Source of the DNA: Lama glama
Taxonomy: Eukaryota
NCBI GenBank assembly: GCA_028534125.1
Contig: CM052839.1
Span: 10,726,001-10,790,000, forward strand
DNA length: 64,000 bases
Direction of reading: 5' to 3'
Shown: positions 1 through 13,608 of the stretch, piece by piece
Numbering within the stretch: the stretch's first letter is position 1
Layout of the letters: each line of letters opens with the position of its first letter
Position numbers and translations under genes: made by a program
The notes under the pieces: generated by a model
What the model was told of the DNA's origin: nothing
What the model saw: only the letters and a program-made list of their open reading frames with translations
The model's database searches: none

Positions 1-1253
1 CACAGAGGGAGAGGGCACAGGAGAAAGCTTTTAGCGGCAGGGAGTGTCCAAGACCCCGCACAGCCTGCAGTCAAGCCAAACACGAAAAATAGTGCTGTAA
101 ACCGAAATGTACAATGTTGGCCAAAATATTGGCATCAGGAACATCAATTGTGCTTACATTTAAAAAGCTGTTATTAAAGCAAAGTAGAATATAATACAAA
201 ATGCAGCCCATACCTGGGTAGAAGTTCCAATAAAAAAGGGGGGGGGGCAAGGTGGATCCTGGCCAGATACTTTGCAGCGATCACATGAAATTATCTCTCA
301 GGAGCAAATGATCTGTCGGAGAACACCCGACTAGGAGACTGACACTCTGGGTTCAATTCCTAGTTCTGCCAAATGCTTCCAGAGGTGGAACCTTTGAGCT
401 TTTCTATTTTCCTACATAAAATAGGAATAATTTTAAGTAGCCAGGATAACCTAGAGCATTGTGAAGATCCAACGAGGTGATACCGCATTCCAAACTCTGT
501 ACCAAACTGCAGGCCAGTACAGTCTGAGTGCTGGCAAGTTCAAAGGGTAGGAAGGACCAGAGAACTGTCAGAATCCAAAAGAGATGAGGATTTCAGAAGA
601 GGCCTCTTCACTGAAGTCATTGCTGAAGAGGCACTCAAAGAGTCAAACTGAGAAAGGTGACCTTGTCCTTCTAGTGTCCAATTACAGGAGAAGGGGAAGT
701 CATGCACCAGAGTGCAGGGCCCAGACAATGTTGGTGCAGCCCAGCTAATGGCTTGGCTGAGAAGCTCACCAGGGAGCTCAAGATGGAACTGGGAGTGAGA
801 AAAGGAAGTTAACCTAACCTCCTGCTTTCTAGTGATGGTCTTTGTCTCGGATTCTCCATATAAACCTAAACTCTGGTTTTCATTGTGAAGTGAAAGATCT
901 CTCTCTCCGTGCATCCTTGGCGCATTTGCCCATCCTGTGGCCACAGGCTCCCACACCTCCCTCCACCTGCCAGGGCTCTGAGGTGCATGATGCCAGGGTG
1001 GCCCAGCTCTGTGGTCAAGCGGGGGGCACGTACATGCTCAAGGGTGGCCCCTGCTTAGCTGGGCCTTGACAGGCTGATTCTCAGGGGAACAGCCTTCTTC
1101 CCAGAGGAGCTGGGCCGTGGGGCAAGGCTGCATAAGCAGGAGCCCTCTGCTCCTGGCTCTGACCGTCTGCCCCATGCAGGGCAGCCTGTCCAGGCTTCTC
1201 AAGTTCCGGAAGTTCCGGAGAGCCTTGACTCCTGACCTGCTTTGTTTTGGCAG

Positions 1254-1427
1254 CTTATGGACCACCAAGCAGAGTTCAGCAAATGGTGGCTGACCCAGTT
1301 CAAGACTGTCAAGTTTCCCTCCCAAGGAACCATCTTTGACTATTATATAGACCCCGAGACTAAGAAATTTGAGCCTTGGTCCAAGCTCATCCCCCAGTTT
1401 GAATTTGACCCCGAGATACCTTTGCAG
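1254..1427 (+). CDS. DNAH9: DNAH9 internal coding exon (1st in window), end of AAA2 region
   Basis: tttggcag|CTT acceptor and CAG|gtgagt donor; 174 nt; [58 protein letters not shown] matches DNAH9 as recalled. Confidence 0.95.
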
Positions 1428-1901
1428 GTGAGTGCAGCTGAGCCACCAGGGATGGGCAGTGCCTCCAGGATCCACGGTGGCTCCAGCCCCTTATCTGTAT
1501 GTGAAGGGTGTGACCTTGCTAGGAACCAGTCATCTGCAGCTACTCGCCTTTTCAGAGGGCGTAATAGGAGCAATGAAGTCACAAGATCCCCCAAAGGCTA
1601 GTTACCAGTTGCCAGACCCCCCGACCGGCATCCTGGGAGGAGAAGGGGAGATGACAGAGGCAGAAGGTTAGGCCACAGGGAGGCAGACAGCGCTGGTCTA
1701 GGGGCAAGGGTCTGCTCTCTACCGAGAGCATGATTTAGTAGCAGGGCCTCCCTGGGTATGGGGGTGAGGGGGCCCTCCTGCCCAAGGCAGACAGCTCCAC
1801 CCTGCCCGCCGAATTCCCTCTCCGGAAATGCTCCAGGACAACTTGCGGGGCATCTGTTTCTCTCATGAGCCCCGGGCACTCTCATCATGTTCCCACGCCA
1901 G

Positions 1902-2109
1902 GCCTGTCTGGTGCACACGAGCGAGACCATCCGAGTGTGCTACTTTGTGGAGCGGCTTGTGGCGCGGAGGCGGCCGGTCATGCTGGTGGGGACGGCAGGC
2001 ACTGGCAAGTCGGTGCTGGTGGGAGCGAAGCTGGCCAGCCTGGACCCAGAGGAGTACCTGGTGAAGAATGTGCCCTTTAACTACTACACCACGTCTGCGA
2101 TGCTGCAGG
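1902..2109 (+). CDS. DNAH9: DNAH9 exon (2nd), AAA3 Walker A
   Basis: cgccag|GCC ... CAGG|gtgagg; 208 nt, ends phase 1; contains P-loop GTAGTGKS and VPFNYYTTSAMLQ. Confidence 0.96.
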
Positions 2110-2699
2110 GTGAGGGGGCGGAGGCCGTGGAGGAGGGGGCGGGGCTGTCTGGGTGTCTCAGTGTCCCTGTTCCTCTGCCCCCAGGGGGCACTGTGCATTT
2201 CCCCCCCCACGGTCCCCTTCTCGCCCCTCTCCTCCCATCTCCCCCCAGCCCCTCTGCCCACTTTCCATCACCTTCAGCACGCTCTCCTTTCCCATCCTCT
2301 CTCCTTACCTGCCTCCCTGGCCTCCTAGACTCCTCCAGGGCAGGGCTCGGCACAGATCAGGTCAGCACTTGATGACAAAGAATGCACAAACCCACTGGAA
2401 GATGTCCATGGGCTCATAGACTTCTGGCCCCAGATGTGTCTCTAGAGATCACTTCATTCACCCTTCGTCTCCTCTAGAGGGGGGAACTGAGGCTCAGATA
2501 AAGGTACGTGGCAGCCCAAGTTCACCATCAAGCGACAAGGCTGGCATGGAGTGTCTACTCTGCTGACCACATGGAGCGTGTGTAAAACTGGGAGTTTACA
2601 CTTGGGCTCCCTAGGGGACATGACCCTTGGAATTAAGGAGGGATTGAAGGTGATGTGGTACGGTCTGCTTTAAAGGGCGGGCAGTATACCCAGACAGAA

Positions 2700-3900
2700 G
2701 TGCAAAATGTGTGTTTATAATGTGTCTGTCATGGCAAAAGATGAGAAACAGCTTAATTATCCGTGTGATGGAATGCTAAGCAGTATTGCAAAGAATGAGG
2801 AATTCTATATGAACCGAGTTGGAACTATTTCCAAAAGCTTTGCTGAATGAAAAAAGCAAGACTCAGAACAGTATATATAGTATGCTCCAAATTGTGTCTT
2901 CTTAAAAAAGACATATATAAACATTTGCTTATATATCTACACTCGTACATCTGCGCTTACATGTACTAAGAACATCTCTAGGAGGGCACAAGAAACGGGC
3001 AGCAGTAGTTGCCCCTGGCAAGGGGAACGCGATGCTGAGAGTGGGATGAAGAATTACTTAAACTTCTTTAAAAATTGTGAAATATTTGAAGCATTCTGAA
3101 AAGTACAGAAAATAGTATAACAGATGCCTGTGCACCCACCACCCAGATTTCACAGATGTAAACATTTTGTCATTTTGCAGTAGATCTTAACATTTTAAGT
3201 ACAGCCAACACACCACCCCCCTTCCTCCCTCATGCCCCTCTTTCACCAGACTAGGACCACTGCAGGTGAGGGGCATCATTCCAAATTGACACTTTTGATA
3301 CAGAGAAGTATCTATAAAATACACAATGTTGTTGTGTGTATTTAAATTTTAAGTATACGTCGTACTGTAGCTCCCTTTGGTAACTTGCTTTTTTTCATCA
3401 ACATGTGGAGGTTTTTCATTGGTTTTCACTGCTGCATAGAATTCCCTTATGTGAGCAAATCACAGCTCATTTCTCCATTTTCCTACTAAAAGGCAGCATA
3501 ATTTTTTTTAACATTTTCTCTTCTAAAAAAGCATTTTTGAGTTATAATTGACATACAATACATAGCACACATCAAAGTATACAACCTGATAACTGTTGAA
3601 ATATTTACCCATCATGAGACCGTCACTACAGTCAAAGTAATAACTTATCCATCATCTCCGAGAGCCCCTCACCTCCCGCAGTGACCCCTCCCTCTCTTCC
3701 GGTCCCCCCAACACCGCCCTGCCCTGTGCCCGAGGCAGCCACGAGGGATTAGTTTGCATTTTCTAGAATTTTGTATGATAGGATCGTCATACAATAGGCC
3801 CTCTTTTTTGTCTGGCTCCTTTCACTCAGCATGCTTTTGAGATTTCTCCATTGTTGTTGAGCATATCACTAGTTTTTTCTTTTCATTCCTCAGTTGCAAG
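2700..3900. mobile_element. Cluster of old L1M 3' fragments in both orientations
   Basis: L1 3'UTR-like motifs (aaaaaagcaagactcagaacagtatatatag; tttttgagttataattgacatacaat); boundaries approximate. Confidence 0.6.
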
Positions 3901-6760
3901 ATAAAATGTGTAAACCCTCAGAATGATTCCTAGCATACGATAAATATTCAGTAAATGGAAGCTGTTATTCTAACAATATTAAAATCCTTCTCAAATTTAA
4001 GAATCTATAAATATTATACAATTACCTCTAAGCCCCACTGTCAAAACAAAAGGAACCCAAGTAAACCCCTTCTGCTTGAAAAAGGTGTTTAACATAAATT
4101 ATGCTAAAACAAAAATAATGTTTTCGGAAGAAATGTTCCAGCTTTGCAATGGGCAATAATTTCACCCAGCAGGTCGATTCATTGAGGTCTCCAGGGCCAT
4201 ATTTTGCAGCTCCCTCATCCTGCTAGTCCATCAAATTTCATTTTTCTCAGAATCAGATGCTCTTTTATAGAGAAGGCAGCTGCTCGATATTCCCTGCATC
4301 TCTCCTTTTATTGCATCCAGTGCTGGGGTCCCCATTGAGTACTTTTCTAAACCCAGATTCAGACCTCTTTTAAATACAAATGGGTATGCGCACTGCTCAC
4401 CAGCGTGGATAGCACATGCTTTATTTAATGTTTATACTATGCCAAGCCCCTGTATTATCAGTAATGCTTTTGACTGCAAGCAGCAGAAAATCTGATGACA
4501 GCGACATAAACAGATTTTTTTTTCCTTCATGCAACAGGAAGTCTTCAGGTAGGCAGTTACTGATGCTAAATCAATGGTTCAATGCTGTTGAGACTATAAT
4601 GTGTATTATTGTCTTAGCTGCCCCCTCAGGGTGGAAGAGTGGCTTCTGCTCCAGCCATCACATCTGCATTCCAAATGGAAAGAAAAATAAAGGGAAGAGT
4701 TAATGTCCGAGTCAGGAAATAACAGCTCTCCCATAGACTTATGTGTGTGTCTCACTGTTCAGAACTGTGTCATATGGCCCCGCCAGCTGGAAAGTGACTA
4801 AGGAGAGGGGAGTTGGAAATGGTGTCTACTGGGCTGCACCTCGCAGGCCTACAAGGCCTGTACTCACCCAGCTTCAAGACTGAAGTCAGTGACAGAGACA
4901 TCAGTGGTTCAATAGATGGTGGGAGCTTACGTATCTGAAGCAAGGTCCGAGTGACACTTCACTGTGTGAGGCAGATGGCAGGCATGACAGGGTGGCAGTC
5001 ATAGCTCCCCGGGGCCGTGGGGAGGTTGGCAGTTATAGAGGGAATTGACATCAGGTTGGCTCACTTGGTACCAGGGAAACCAGCAGAAGGACACGCCCCT
5101 CACTGCCCCTTGGGTAAGAACAGTCACTAGCTGGGGCCTGGGGCAAGTATGTAGGAAGGTCAACCGTGAGGTCTGGGTGTCGAGGAAGCAGATCCTGGTC
5201 GAGCAGGGGACGTACAGAGAGCAAGAGAACAGCCACCTTGACTGGCCTGATGGTACAGTGTCCGTCACCGATCTGATGATAATCTCTGTCTTCACAAGAT
5301 GAGAAAATGAGGGTTAGAGGAGCTAAGTGACTTCCCTCGAAGTCACACGATGAGTTAATAGCCAAGCTGTCCTCTTGGATTGTGCTGTCGCGCCCGTCCA
5401 CTTTGATGAGACTATAAGCCATGCGTCTGAATTTCCATAATAGAATGCCAACTTTGCTTCTGTTCATCTGACATCTAGAGCACATGGATGTCTCTCCCTT
5501 TGACAGTAAATAACACTGGCCCTTCACTTGGTCACTGAAACTCTCAGGCTTCACTTGACCACTTGCCAGCAGCTGCACAAACTGCAGATTAATAACACTG
5601 ACATCTTGGCTGAGAGAGGCAGAGCTCCGTGCTCGGTCTCTGGTCCTCCAGCTGCTCTAAACTCCACAGACCCGGTTGCACTGCTTTCTTTCTCTTCACT
5701 GAGTTACAATTCATTGGTCCATCCTTGGGTGTTGTTGAAGTTTAGGATGATAAAAGATAATTTTAAGTATTTTTTAATATCTCCTATAAAATCTCAATTG
5801 AAGACGGTGCTCATTTTGAAGCCTGATAGACCTTTTGTAAATACCATGATACATGCCTTTTAGAATTGAGTGCCTGGAAAATTTTTTCATACAAGAGTAG
5901 AGATGGGTTTGTACCAGAGATCAGGGATGACGTGGTTACTGTAATTAAACACAGGCTTAGTTCTGAGCTTTCAAGGAGGCAGTTCACGAAGGACAATGCG
6001 ACAGATTTTATTTGGTTACAGTAACAATTTCGTCCCTGATTACTAGTGCCAATAAGTGTCTTCTGTATTTTGGAGTCTCTTTTTAGTCTTCAGTTGTTCT
6101 GTTTTATGTTTGTTCAAATACCTTAAGCCTTTTCTCATTCATTTTGAAAATATAAGTAATTTTTAAAATTAAAAGAATTTGTGCTGACTCATAGACAGAG
6201 CAGTTTAGAAAGAGCAAAGGAGGAGTAAAGCCCTTGGTCACGGCATCAGTGGGCTTTTATTTGCAGTGTGAAGGGAGGTGGCCAGACTGATGCTCATCAC
6301 GGTCCTGAGTTCTCCTGCCAGCCAACTGCAATTTGAAGTATTAGTTCAACAAATATTTGAGTGTGTAATTATACTAATTAGACAGGAGCTCAGGTGTCTG
6401 AGTCTTTGTATAAAACAAATCTCCATCACCTGTTCATTAAAAGTTTAAGGTTAGACAGGACTTTGAAAGGTCTGATCAAACTCTCAACCTCAAAGGAGTA
6501 TTACATCATCACAGATAGACAGCTCTCACTTGCCTTAATAGCTTCCAAAAAGGAGATGACACAAAATTAAATCGTTAAAGACTTACCATCTAGTGGCCAA
6601 GACACACTACTTGAAACGTGGGTAGGGGGGTGGTTCAAAGTATAAGGCAATTGAAAAACAACACATTTCAGACAATAGGGAAGCCATTCTGTAAATGTTG
6701 GTGCCTCCAAATTATGGAACACAATGTATCAACTGAAATCACGTTTTGGAAGGTTGTGTA

Positions 6761-7268
6761 TGTGAATGAAAAATACTGCCAGCCGTATTAGTAAACAAAG
6801 GATGCTGTGGCCGTCAAATCATCAGCCGCTACTGCTGCCCGTGACAGTGAGCAAAGGGAACTCAGGATACAGACAAGCAGGCAGTCGGACCTCTGCTGCC
6901 ACCCCGAACGGTGCCCCCTGAGGGAACTCGGGATGGGAAAGAACAGGACACTGGCCCTAGATAGCTAGGTGCGCATCAGAGGAATGATTTTAGTGAGTCC
7001 AGACTTTTGTACCTTCCCATACATAGAAAAGTGCTAAATTTCTTAACTTGAGATATCTGGTTTTCTTTAATTAACAGTAATCTTTGGACGTTTCAACTAC
7101 CTGGTCTTTGTGGCAAAATTCCTATATATCCTGGCTCCTTCCCTGCCTCTTTGGAGCAGTCCCTCAGAGCGATCTGAGAGGCCGCCTCCTGGGCCCAAGT
7201 CCTCAGAAAGTCCTCCAGATAAAATATAGCTCACAACTTTTAGGTTGCACATATTTTTTCAGTCTACA
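6761..7268 (+). mobile_element. ERV1-type solo LTR (508 bp)
   Basis: TG...CA ends with imperfect inverted termini (TGTGAATGAAAAA / TTTTTTCAGTCTACA); 4-bp TSD tgta (6757-6760, 7269-7272); TATA-like cctatatat ~7121 and poly(A)-like gataaaa ~7218. Confidence 0.85.
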
Positions 7269-7789
7269 TGTATTATCACATAAAGAGGTTTACAATATGT
7301 GAAATGAAGAAAACATACAGGCAGAATATATAGTGTAATTCTAATTTTAAAAAGGAAAAATCTAACAGAGCAAATAGACTAGAATGAAATACACCAAAAT
7401 ACTGCAAGTAATGCTTGCTGCTAGGTGATAGAATTATGGGCAATTTTCATTTTCATCATTATGATTTTCTGTGCTTCTTCAGTCTTTATATAATGAATAT
7501 GTATTGTTTTAAAATCATGCAAAGTATATTTTTTGAAAAAAATAAATGAAAAGTACTTACAATATAACTGAAAGGTCTTATGTGAAATATTAGATAATAT
7601 GAAAGGAAAATAGTTCAAACACAGATACACAAGTCATGTCGGTGCCAAGACATGATTGATTTTAATGATCTCTGTCAAAAACACTGTCAGGCAATGAGTT
7701 AACTAAACCAGGGATTTCTGAAGGGCAGAAGCCAGCTCACAGTCCTGTGTAAGAAATGGTTTGCCACGGTAGTTACATAGGGTGCCACA

Positions 7790-7920
7790 GTCAGGCAGGC
7801 CCAGGTTAGAATCCCAGCTTTGCCTTCAGCAGCTGTATAACCTTGGATAAAGCTCCTCAATTTCCCTAAACCTCAGTTTTCTCCCTTGTCAAAAGATTTT
7901 TTTAAAGGTGATGCTAATGC
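7790..7920 (+). mobile_element. MIR SINE (others at about 330-500, 8150-8270, 10560-10690, 25520-25750, 52290-52460, 54120-54320, 60570-60640)
   Basis: MIR core gaatcccagctttgcc...ccttgg...cctcagttttctc. Confidence 0.65.
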
Positions 7921-8276
7921 ATACCAGGGCAGATAGGAGGGTCAGTGCCAGAATGCAAGTCAAGTCCTCTTCACAGAGCCGGGTCCCTGGTAATGATGCT
8001 CCACGAATGCGTGGACGCACTGCCCTGGCGTTCAGAGACTAGAGGACTTCACGGGACCGTGGCGCTCAGGGACAGCCCTGGAGAGGGGTTGCGACGTGAG
8101 GGCTCACAAGGCCTCTCTTCCCCAGTGATACGAAAGAAGCATTGAAGTCAGTGTCTACAGACCCAGATTCTAACTCCAGCAAGGTATTTAGCCTGCCGTA
8201 GCCTCCGTTTCCTTAGTTACGGGGGGGAATGATAAATCTTTCTTTGCCTACTCGTGGAGTTTGTTTTAATAGTAGA

Positions 8277-9030
8277 ATTCATTCATTCATTCTTTAGTAA
8301 TTTTTGAACACCCTATTTTGTGCTGGATAATATTCTCAGTGCTGGAATTATGACAATGAAAAAAAAAAAAAAACAAAGATTCCTGGCCTCCTGGAGTTTA
8401 TAGTGTGGAGAGCATGAGATAATAAGATAAATAAGTAAATTATATGGGATATTAAGTGATAATAAGTGTTATGGAGGAAAATGACCCAGGGGCGGGGAAT
8501 AGCCAGTCAGGGTTTTCATTTGGGCTTGAGTGCCCAGGAAGAGCTTACTGAGAAAATGGCATTTGAGTAAATAAATGCATGAAGGAAGACAGGGAGCAGA
8601 CTTCTGGAGTCTGGGAGAAAAGGCTTGCAGGCAGAGGAAGCAGCCAGAGCAAAGGCCCCAGCAGCGAGTGACTAGTGTGTCAGAGGCAGGACGGCTGGAG
8701 CGCAGGGAGTGAGGAGGGGAGCAGCGGAAGAGAACCCCGAGATGCAGGGTTGGCCAAGGCACCTGGACTGGCTTCTGCTGCAGGCAAGGTGAGATGCCAC
8801 CGAGGGTTTTCAGCAGGGGGCCAGCATGACACGGTTTACATCTTACAAGCACACTCCTGCCTGCTGTTTGCAGGATGGAGTGCAGGGATCCAGGGCAAAA
8901 GCAGGAGGAGCATTCGGGAGGATGTCGTGGTTCCAGGTGGGAGTCGACGGGCATGGGCAGTGGACACAGCGGAGACGGTGAAATGGGGGAACCAGCAGGA
9001 ACCCACTTTGAAAATGAAGTAGCTCCTCAA
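8277..9030 (-). mobile_element. L2 LINE 3' fragment
   Basis: Begins attcattcattcatt (L2 3' microsatellite on minus strand) followed by typical L2 body. Confidence 0.7.
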
Positions 9031-9704
9031 ATGTAGGATGGCGGTGAAACGGGGCAGGAGGACCGGGGTGAATAAAAACAGGGCAGCTGGTGCTGCTCCA
9101 CATGGCCACCAGCTGACCACCCAGCTTGCTGTTGCCTCCAGAGAAATGCAGTGAGAGGCACAGGTGCACACTGGGCGTGGCCTTGTTCATGACAATGCAG
9201 AACCCAGAAAGGCGCCGGGATGGCCACCTCTCCAAATATGACTCATTCGTTCAGTGCCTTCAACATCGACACTTTTGCTGAAATGTAAACCCACTTCTGG
9301 TCCCCCAGTTCTGCTTGGAAACAGAAGAGCTCTCTACCATTCCATTCTAGATGGGCCCAGAAGGGATCCAGCCTGTGTGTGCCTTTCCCCAGGGAGCCCT
9401 CTCTTCCCCTGGAGTGCTTAACATCGTCCTCCTGAGATAACCAGTGTTCCAAGGCCGCTTCCTTCTAACTGGCGTGCCTTTCTCTTCAGCAATCCTTGAG
9501 AAGCATGAAGAGCTTAATCAACCCAAATGACAGGGTCTGCTTAACTCCAGGAGTTGATTTGAATATCATTGCTCTGGGAGGAGGAGAAACAGGTCTTCCT
9601 AAGGAGAGAAGCTCCTGTTAGAAGGACTGTTGCATGTCCTTGGCAGCCCATTAATTATAGTCCATTTTGACAGATCTGATATATAGTTGTTATGTCTTAA
9701 GGGG

Positions 9705-9836
9705 NNNNNNNNNNNNNNNNNNNNNNNNNNNNNNNNNNNNNNNNNNNNNNNNNNNNNNNNNNNNNNNNNNNNNNNNNNNNNNNNNNNNNNNNNNNNNNNN
9801 NNNNNNNNNNNNNNNNNNNNNNNNNNNNNNNNNNNN
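9705..9836. other. Assembly gap (132 N)
   Basis: N run. Confidence 1.
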
Positions 9837-10902
9837 AAGAACTTGTCTTTCTATCTGTCACCTTCATATGTCTGTTGACACTTCCTCCTTGTTTACAAAC
9901 TTGTTTTTCAAGAAAAGGGATCAGATGGTTCTCAGAGCCTCCAGCTGTAATAGTATTGGTTCTTGCAATATATAAATATCTAATTGCTTTATTGAAAAAA
10001 AATACATACATCTCTACCCTGTTACTTAAATTTGTTCTGAACAAGTCCTGTCATGCTGGAAAACCATGTTTGGTTCCTTCCCTCTGGCTGGATAATTGAA
10101 GAAACGGCTCTAGGAGAAGAGTCTGTGCTTAGTTTCCAGAAGGGCGCTGAGCTGCTCTGATACCTGAAGGCAGAGGGGAGGCCGTTCCTGACACTGGACG
10201 CTTTTGGGAATTTCTCTGAGGCTGTAGTTTCTATTCTCCCTCAGGGAAAACCCCAGGAGGTGAACTCTCTAAGAACACTGTTATCAAAGCATCCAGTAAC
10301 TCCCCTCTTCTAGCCCTGGGGTGGCAGGAGCCTCCTCCCAGCCCTGGGGTGGGAGCCACAGCCTTCTGGCTCCTCTGCTGTCTCTGGTAGAGAGGGCAGG
10401 GATGCCCAGGATCTGGTTATTTGCAGGTGTCCGTAGGATTAGAGCACCAGGCCTTGGGACTAGGAAGGTATCCTCTGTGTCCAGTCTACAAAGAAAGAAC
10501 ACAGTGGACCACACGTGTGGCAGAAGGAAGGTGGGCTTTGAAGTTTAACTGGTTTGGATCTGTATCCTGACTTGACCTTAGAAAAGTTGATTCGTTCTTC
10601 TGAGCCTCAGTTCCGTGGTCTGTAAAAGGGAACGATGGTACTAATCTCGCAGCAGTGTTGTCAGGATTCAGTGAGATCACATGCCTGTGTCAGGTGCTCG
10701 ATGCCTGGTCGCTGCTGTCACCATTGCTTCTTAGTCACTGCCAGCTTCACCTCTGGTCCTGCAGCGCTGCCCGCAGCGGGGAGCAGCTGTCATCGCTGCA
10801 CGCACACGTGCCGCACTGTGGCTCGTCCTCGACATGGTACTGTCTTAGAACTGGCTTCTGAGGTTTCAGCCTCCTTCCCTCACCAACTGGCTCTCTCCTC
10901 AG

Positions 10903-11068
10903 CTGTCCTGGAGAAGCCTCTGGAAAAGAAAGCCGGCAGAAATTATGGCCCCCCAGGCCACAAGAAGCTTATCTATTTCATTGATGACATGAACATGCCC
11001 GAGGTGGACGCCTACGGGACTGCGCAGCCCCACACGGTCATCCGGCAACATCTGGACTACGGCCACTG
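10903..11068 (+). CDS. DNAH9: DNAH9 exon (3rd), AAA3 Walker B
   Basis: ctcctcag|CT ... CACTG|gtaaga; 166 nt; [55 protein letters not shown]. Confidence 0.96.
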
Positions 11069-12034
11069 GTAAGAGCACACGGGAAGGGCGGGGCCGCGTG
11101 GGGAGAGGTCCAAGGCCGATCACGCGTCTGCTGGAGCTGCAGGCCTCTGCTCAGCTCTAGTGCCGGGGGAGAATCCCAGCAGCAACCCACGTTCCTCGTG
11201 GGATTCTGCTCCCTGCAGTGTCTACCTCCCAGACAGGGACTTTGTACCAGAGAAGGTACTGAGCTCTCACTGAAGGAAAAATGCCTACGTTTTTCTTCAA
11301 TATTCATCACAAAAGTTGCCTTTTCCAAGCTGTGGAAGCACAACTAACCACTCCCCACCCCAGTGTCACCTCCCCCGTGGTCCTGTCGCACAGGGCAGGG
11401 ACTTCACTGGGAACACCTAACAAACTGTACGGTACACACGTGCCTGTGGATCTTGACAGTCTTCCTCTTTCCAGCGACTCACAGGCTCTGATAGTATCTT
11501 TTGCAACAGTATAGTTTTTAATGGCAAAATGTCTAAACTTGCCAGAAAGAAAAAAGCAAGTCAGTGACTTGAGACAACTTGGGCTCATCTTCCTCGTGCT
11601 GACTTCACGGGTGCTGAGAAGGCATGGGGCGTGTGAAGAGGGAATTCAGAGAGAAGAATTAAAGTTACGGCGGTCACCTGAGTTGCCTTTCATTCATTCC
11701 TAAGGTCTCTGTAGGGCACCGACCACGGGCCACCATCCACTATCTCCACACCAGTGTCTGAGCAACTGAAATCTCCTGGGAAAACCAGCCAGGCTAATTA
11801 GTTTTACTTAGACTCTTGGTCACAAACCTTAAACAGGAAGTAGAAAGTTCCTGTACATTCTACCCTCTTGCCTTCCTATGTTTACATTTCTGCTCTCAGA
11901 AGTGTCTGTTTCATACCTTCTCTCTCCTCCAGCTTCCCGTCTCCAACATGCCATCCACATTTCCAGCTTCCATGTCTCTGCCACTTACTTGCATCCCCAG
12001 GCATCTTCTCCTCCCTCCCCCTGTGACGTTTTCT

Positions 12035-12194
12035 TTATGGCTTACTTCACTTAGGCTGATGATCTCCAGGTCCATCCGTGTTGCTGCGAATAGCATTGTT
12101 TTGTTCTTTTTAATGGCTGAGTCATATTCCATTGTATAAATATACCACAACTTCCTTATCCAGTCATCTGTTATTGGACCAAAAAAAAAAAAAA
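12035..12194 (-). mobile_element. L1 ORF2 C-terminal fragment followed by a sense A14 tract
   Basis: Minus translation MWYIYTMEYDSAIKKN...DLEIISLSEVS is the canonical L1 ORF2 C-terminus. Confidence 0.8.
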
Positions 12195-12706
12195 CATTTT
12201 CTGCTTACTGTGCTGTCTCTGTCTACCTAACCAAATTCTCTACTCTGTCTCCAGTTCCTCATCTCCCACTCACTCCCCAGTTCACTGTTACTTGGTTTCT
12301 GTTTCCTCTACTGAACTGTTCTTACTCAATCACTAACTGTGTCTTTATTGTGAAATCCAACAAACCCCATTGGGTCACTTTCTTACGTTCTCTGCAGCCC
12401 TTGATGTGGTTGACTGCTCTCTCCGTTGGGAATCCTGTCTTTCCTGGCTTTCTTCACACACCCTTGACTTTCCTCCTGCCTCTTAGACCATCTTTATGGT
12501 CTCTTCTTTCTATGCTACTTGCATAGATATTGTATCCCTCAGGAATTTGTCCTAAGCTCTTGTCTCTTCTCTGTTTCTACCAGTGGATCTGGACTTCTTT
12601 TCCCCCAAAACACGTGAATGATAGAGCCCATCCCACCTCACCTTGGCAACATGCTCACCTACCTGGGCCTTCAGTCAACTCTCACTGTGGTTTCTGACTG
12701 TTCCAG

Positions 12707-12809
12707 GTATGATCGAAATAGACTGTCCCTGAAGGAGGTCATGAATGTGCAGTACGTGTCCTGTATGAACCCCACCGCGGGCAGCTTCACCATCAACCCC
12801 CGGCTTCAG
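12707..12809 (+). CDS. DNAH9: DNAH9 exon (4th), AAA3 sensor/arginine-finger region
   Basis: ttccag|G TAT ... CAG|gtacgg; 103 nt; [34 protein letters not shown]; phase fits both neighbours. Confidence 0.95.
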
Positions 12810-13368
12810 GTACGGGAGGAGCTATGGCACCTGGGTCCTAAGCACCACCTTACCGCCTGATGTCACTCAATTGCATGCCGTAATCGGCCCTTCCCCCGTC
12901 CAGCCTCTTCAAGGAGTAACCACAGGGGGTTGACTTGCATTTTCAGGGAGACAAAAAAACTCTCTAGACCCAGAGTTCTGAAGCTTTTGGAGCCGAATTA
13001 GAATAGAGTTCATCTAATTCAACTTGGTCTTCAGAATGACAGAACTTCAGAGAGGTGCATGGCCCTCCCGAGGTCATGTAGGCTCTCAGCATCACATTCA
13101 GATTTGGACTCAGATTCCCAGGGTCTGGGTTCTGTTCTCTTCCTGACACACCACATGGTCAGAGGTCCACAGCCCATTATCACCCCTACTCATTTTAGAG
13201 TCAATCTGAGTTTGGGTTTAGTGTGAGAATTGTGATCAGAATGTAGACTTCAAAGTCCTTCCAAGAATTCTTCACTGCTTTATCCAGATCCAGAAGCAGC
13301 AAGTTCTGTTTGGGGACCGTGGCCGTCTAACCCGTGGCCTCCTCCCCATGCTCTGTTTCCCTGTGCAG

Positions 13369-13608
13369 CGCCACTTCAGTGTGTTCGTCCTCTCCTTCCC
13401 GGGAGCGGACGCCCTGTCCTCCATCTACAGCACCATCCTGACTCAGCACCTGAAGCTTGGAAACTTCCCAGTATCACTGCAGAAATCCGTCCCCCAGCTG
13501 ATCAATCTGGCCCTTACCTTCCACCAGAAAATTGCCACCACGTTCCTCCCCACAGCAATCAAGTTCCACTACATCTTCAATCTCAGAGACTTTGCCAATA
13601 TTTTCCAG
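13369..13608 (+). CDS. DNAH9: DNAH9 exon (5th), AAA3 lid
   Basis: gtgcag|CGC ... CAG|gtaagt; 240 nt; RHFSVFVLSFP...KFHYIFNLRDFANIFQ. Confidence 0.96.
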
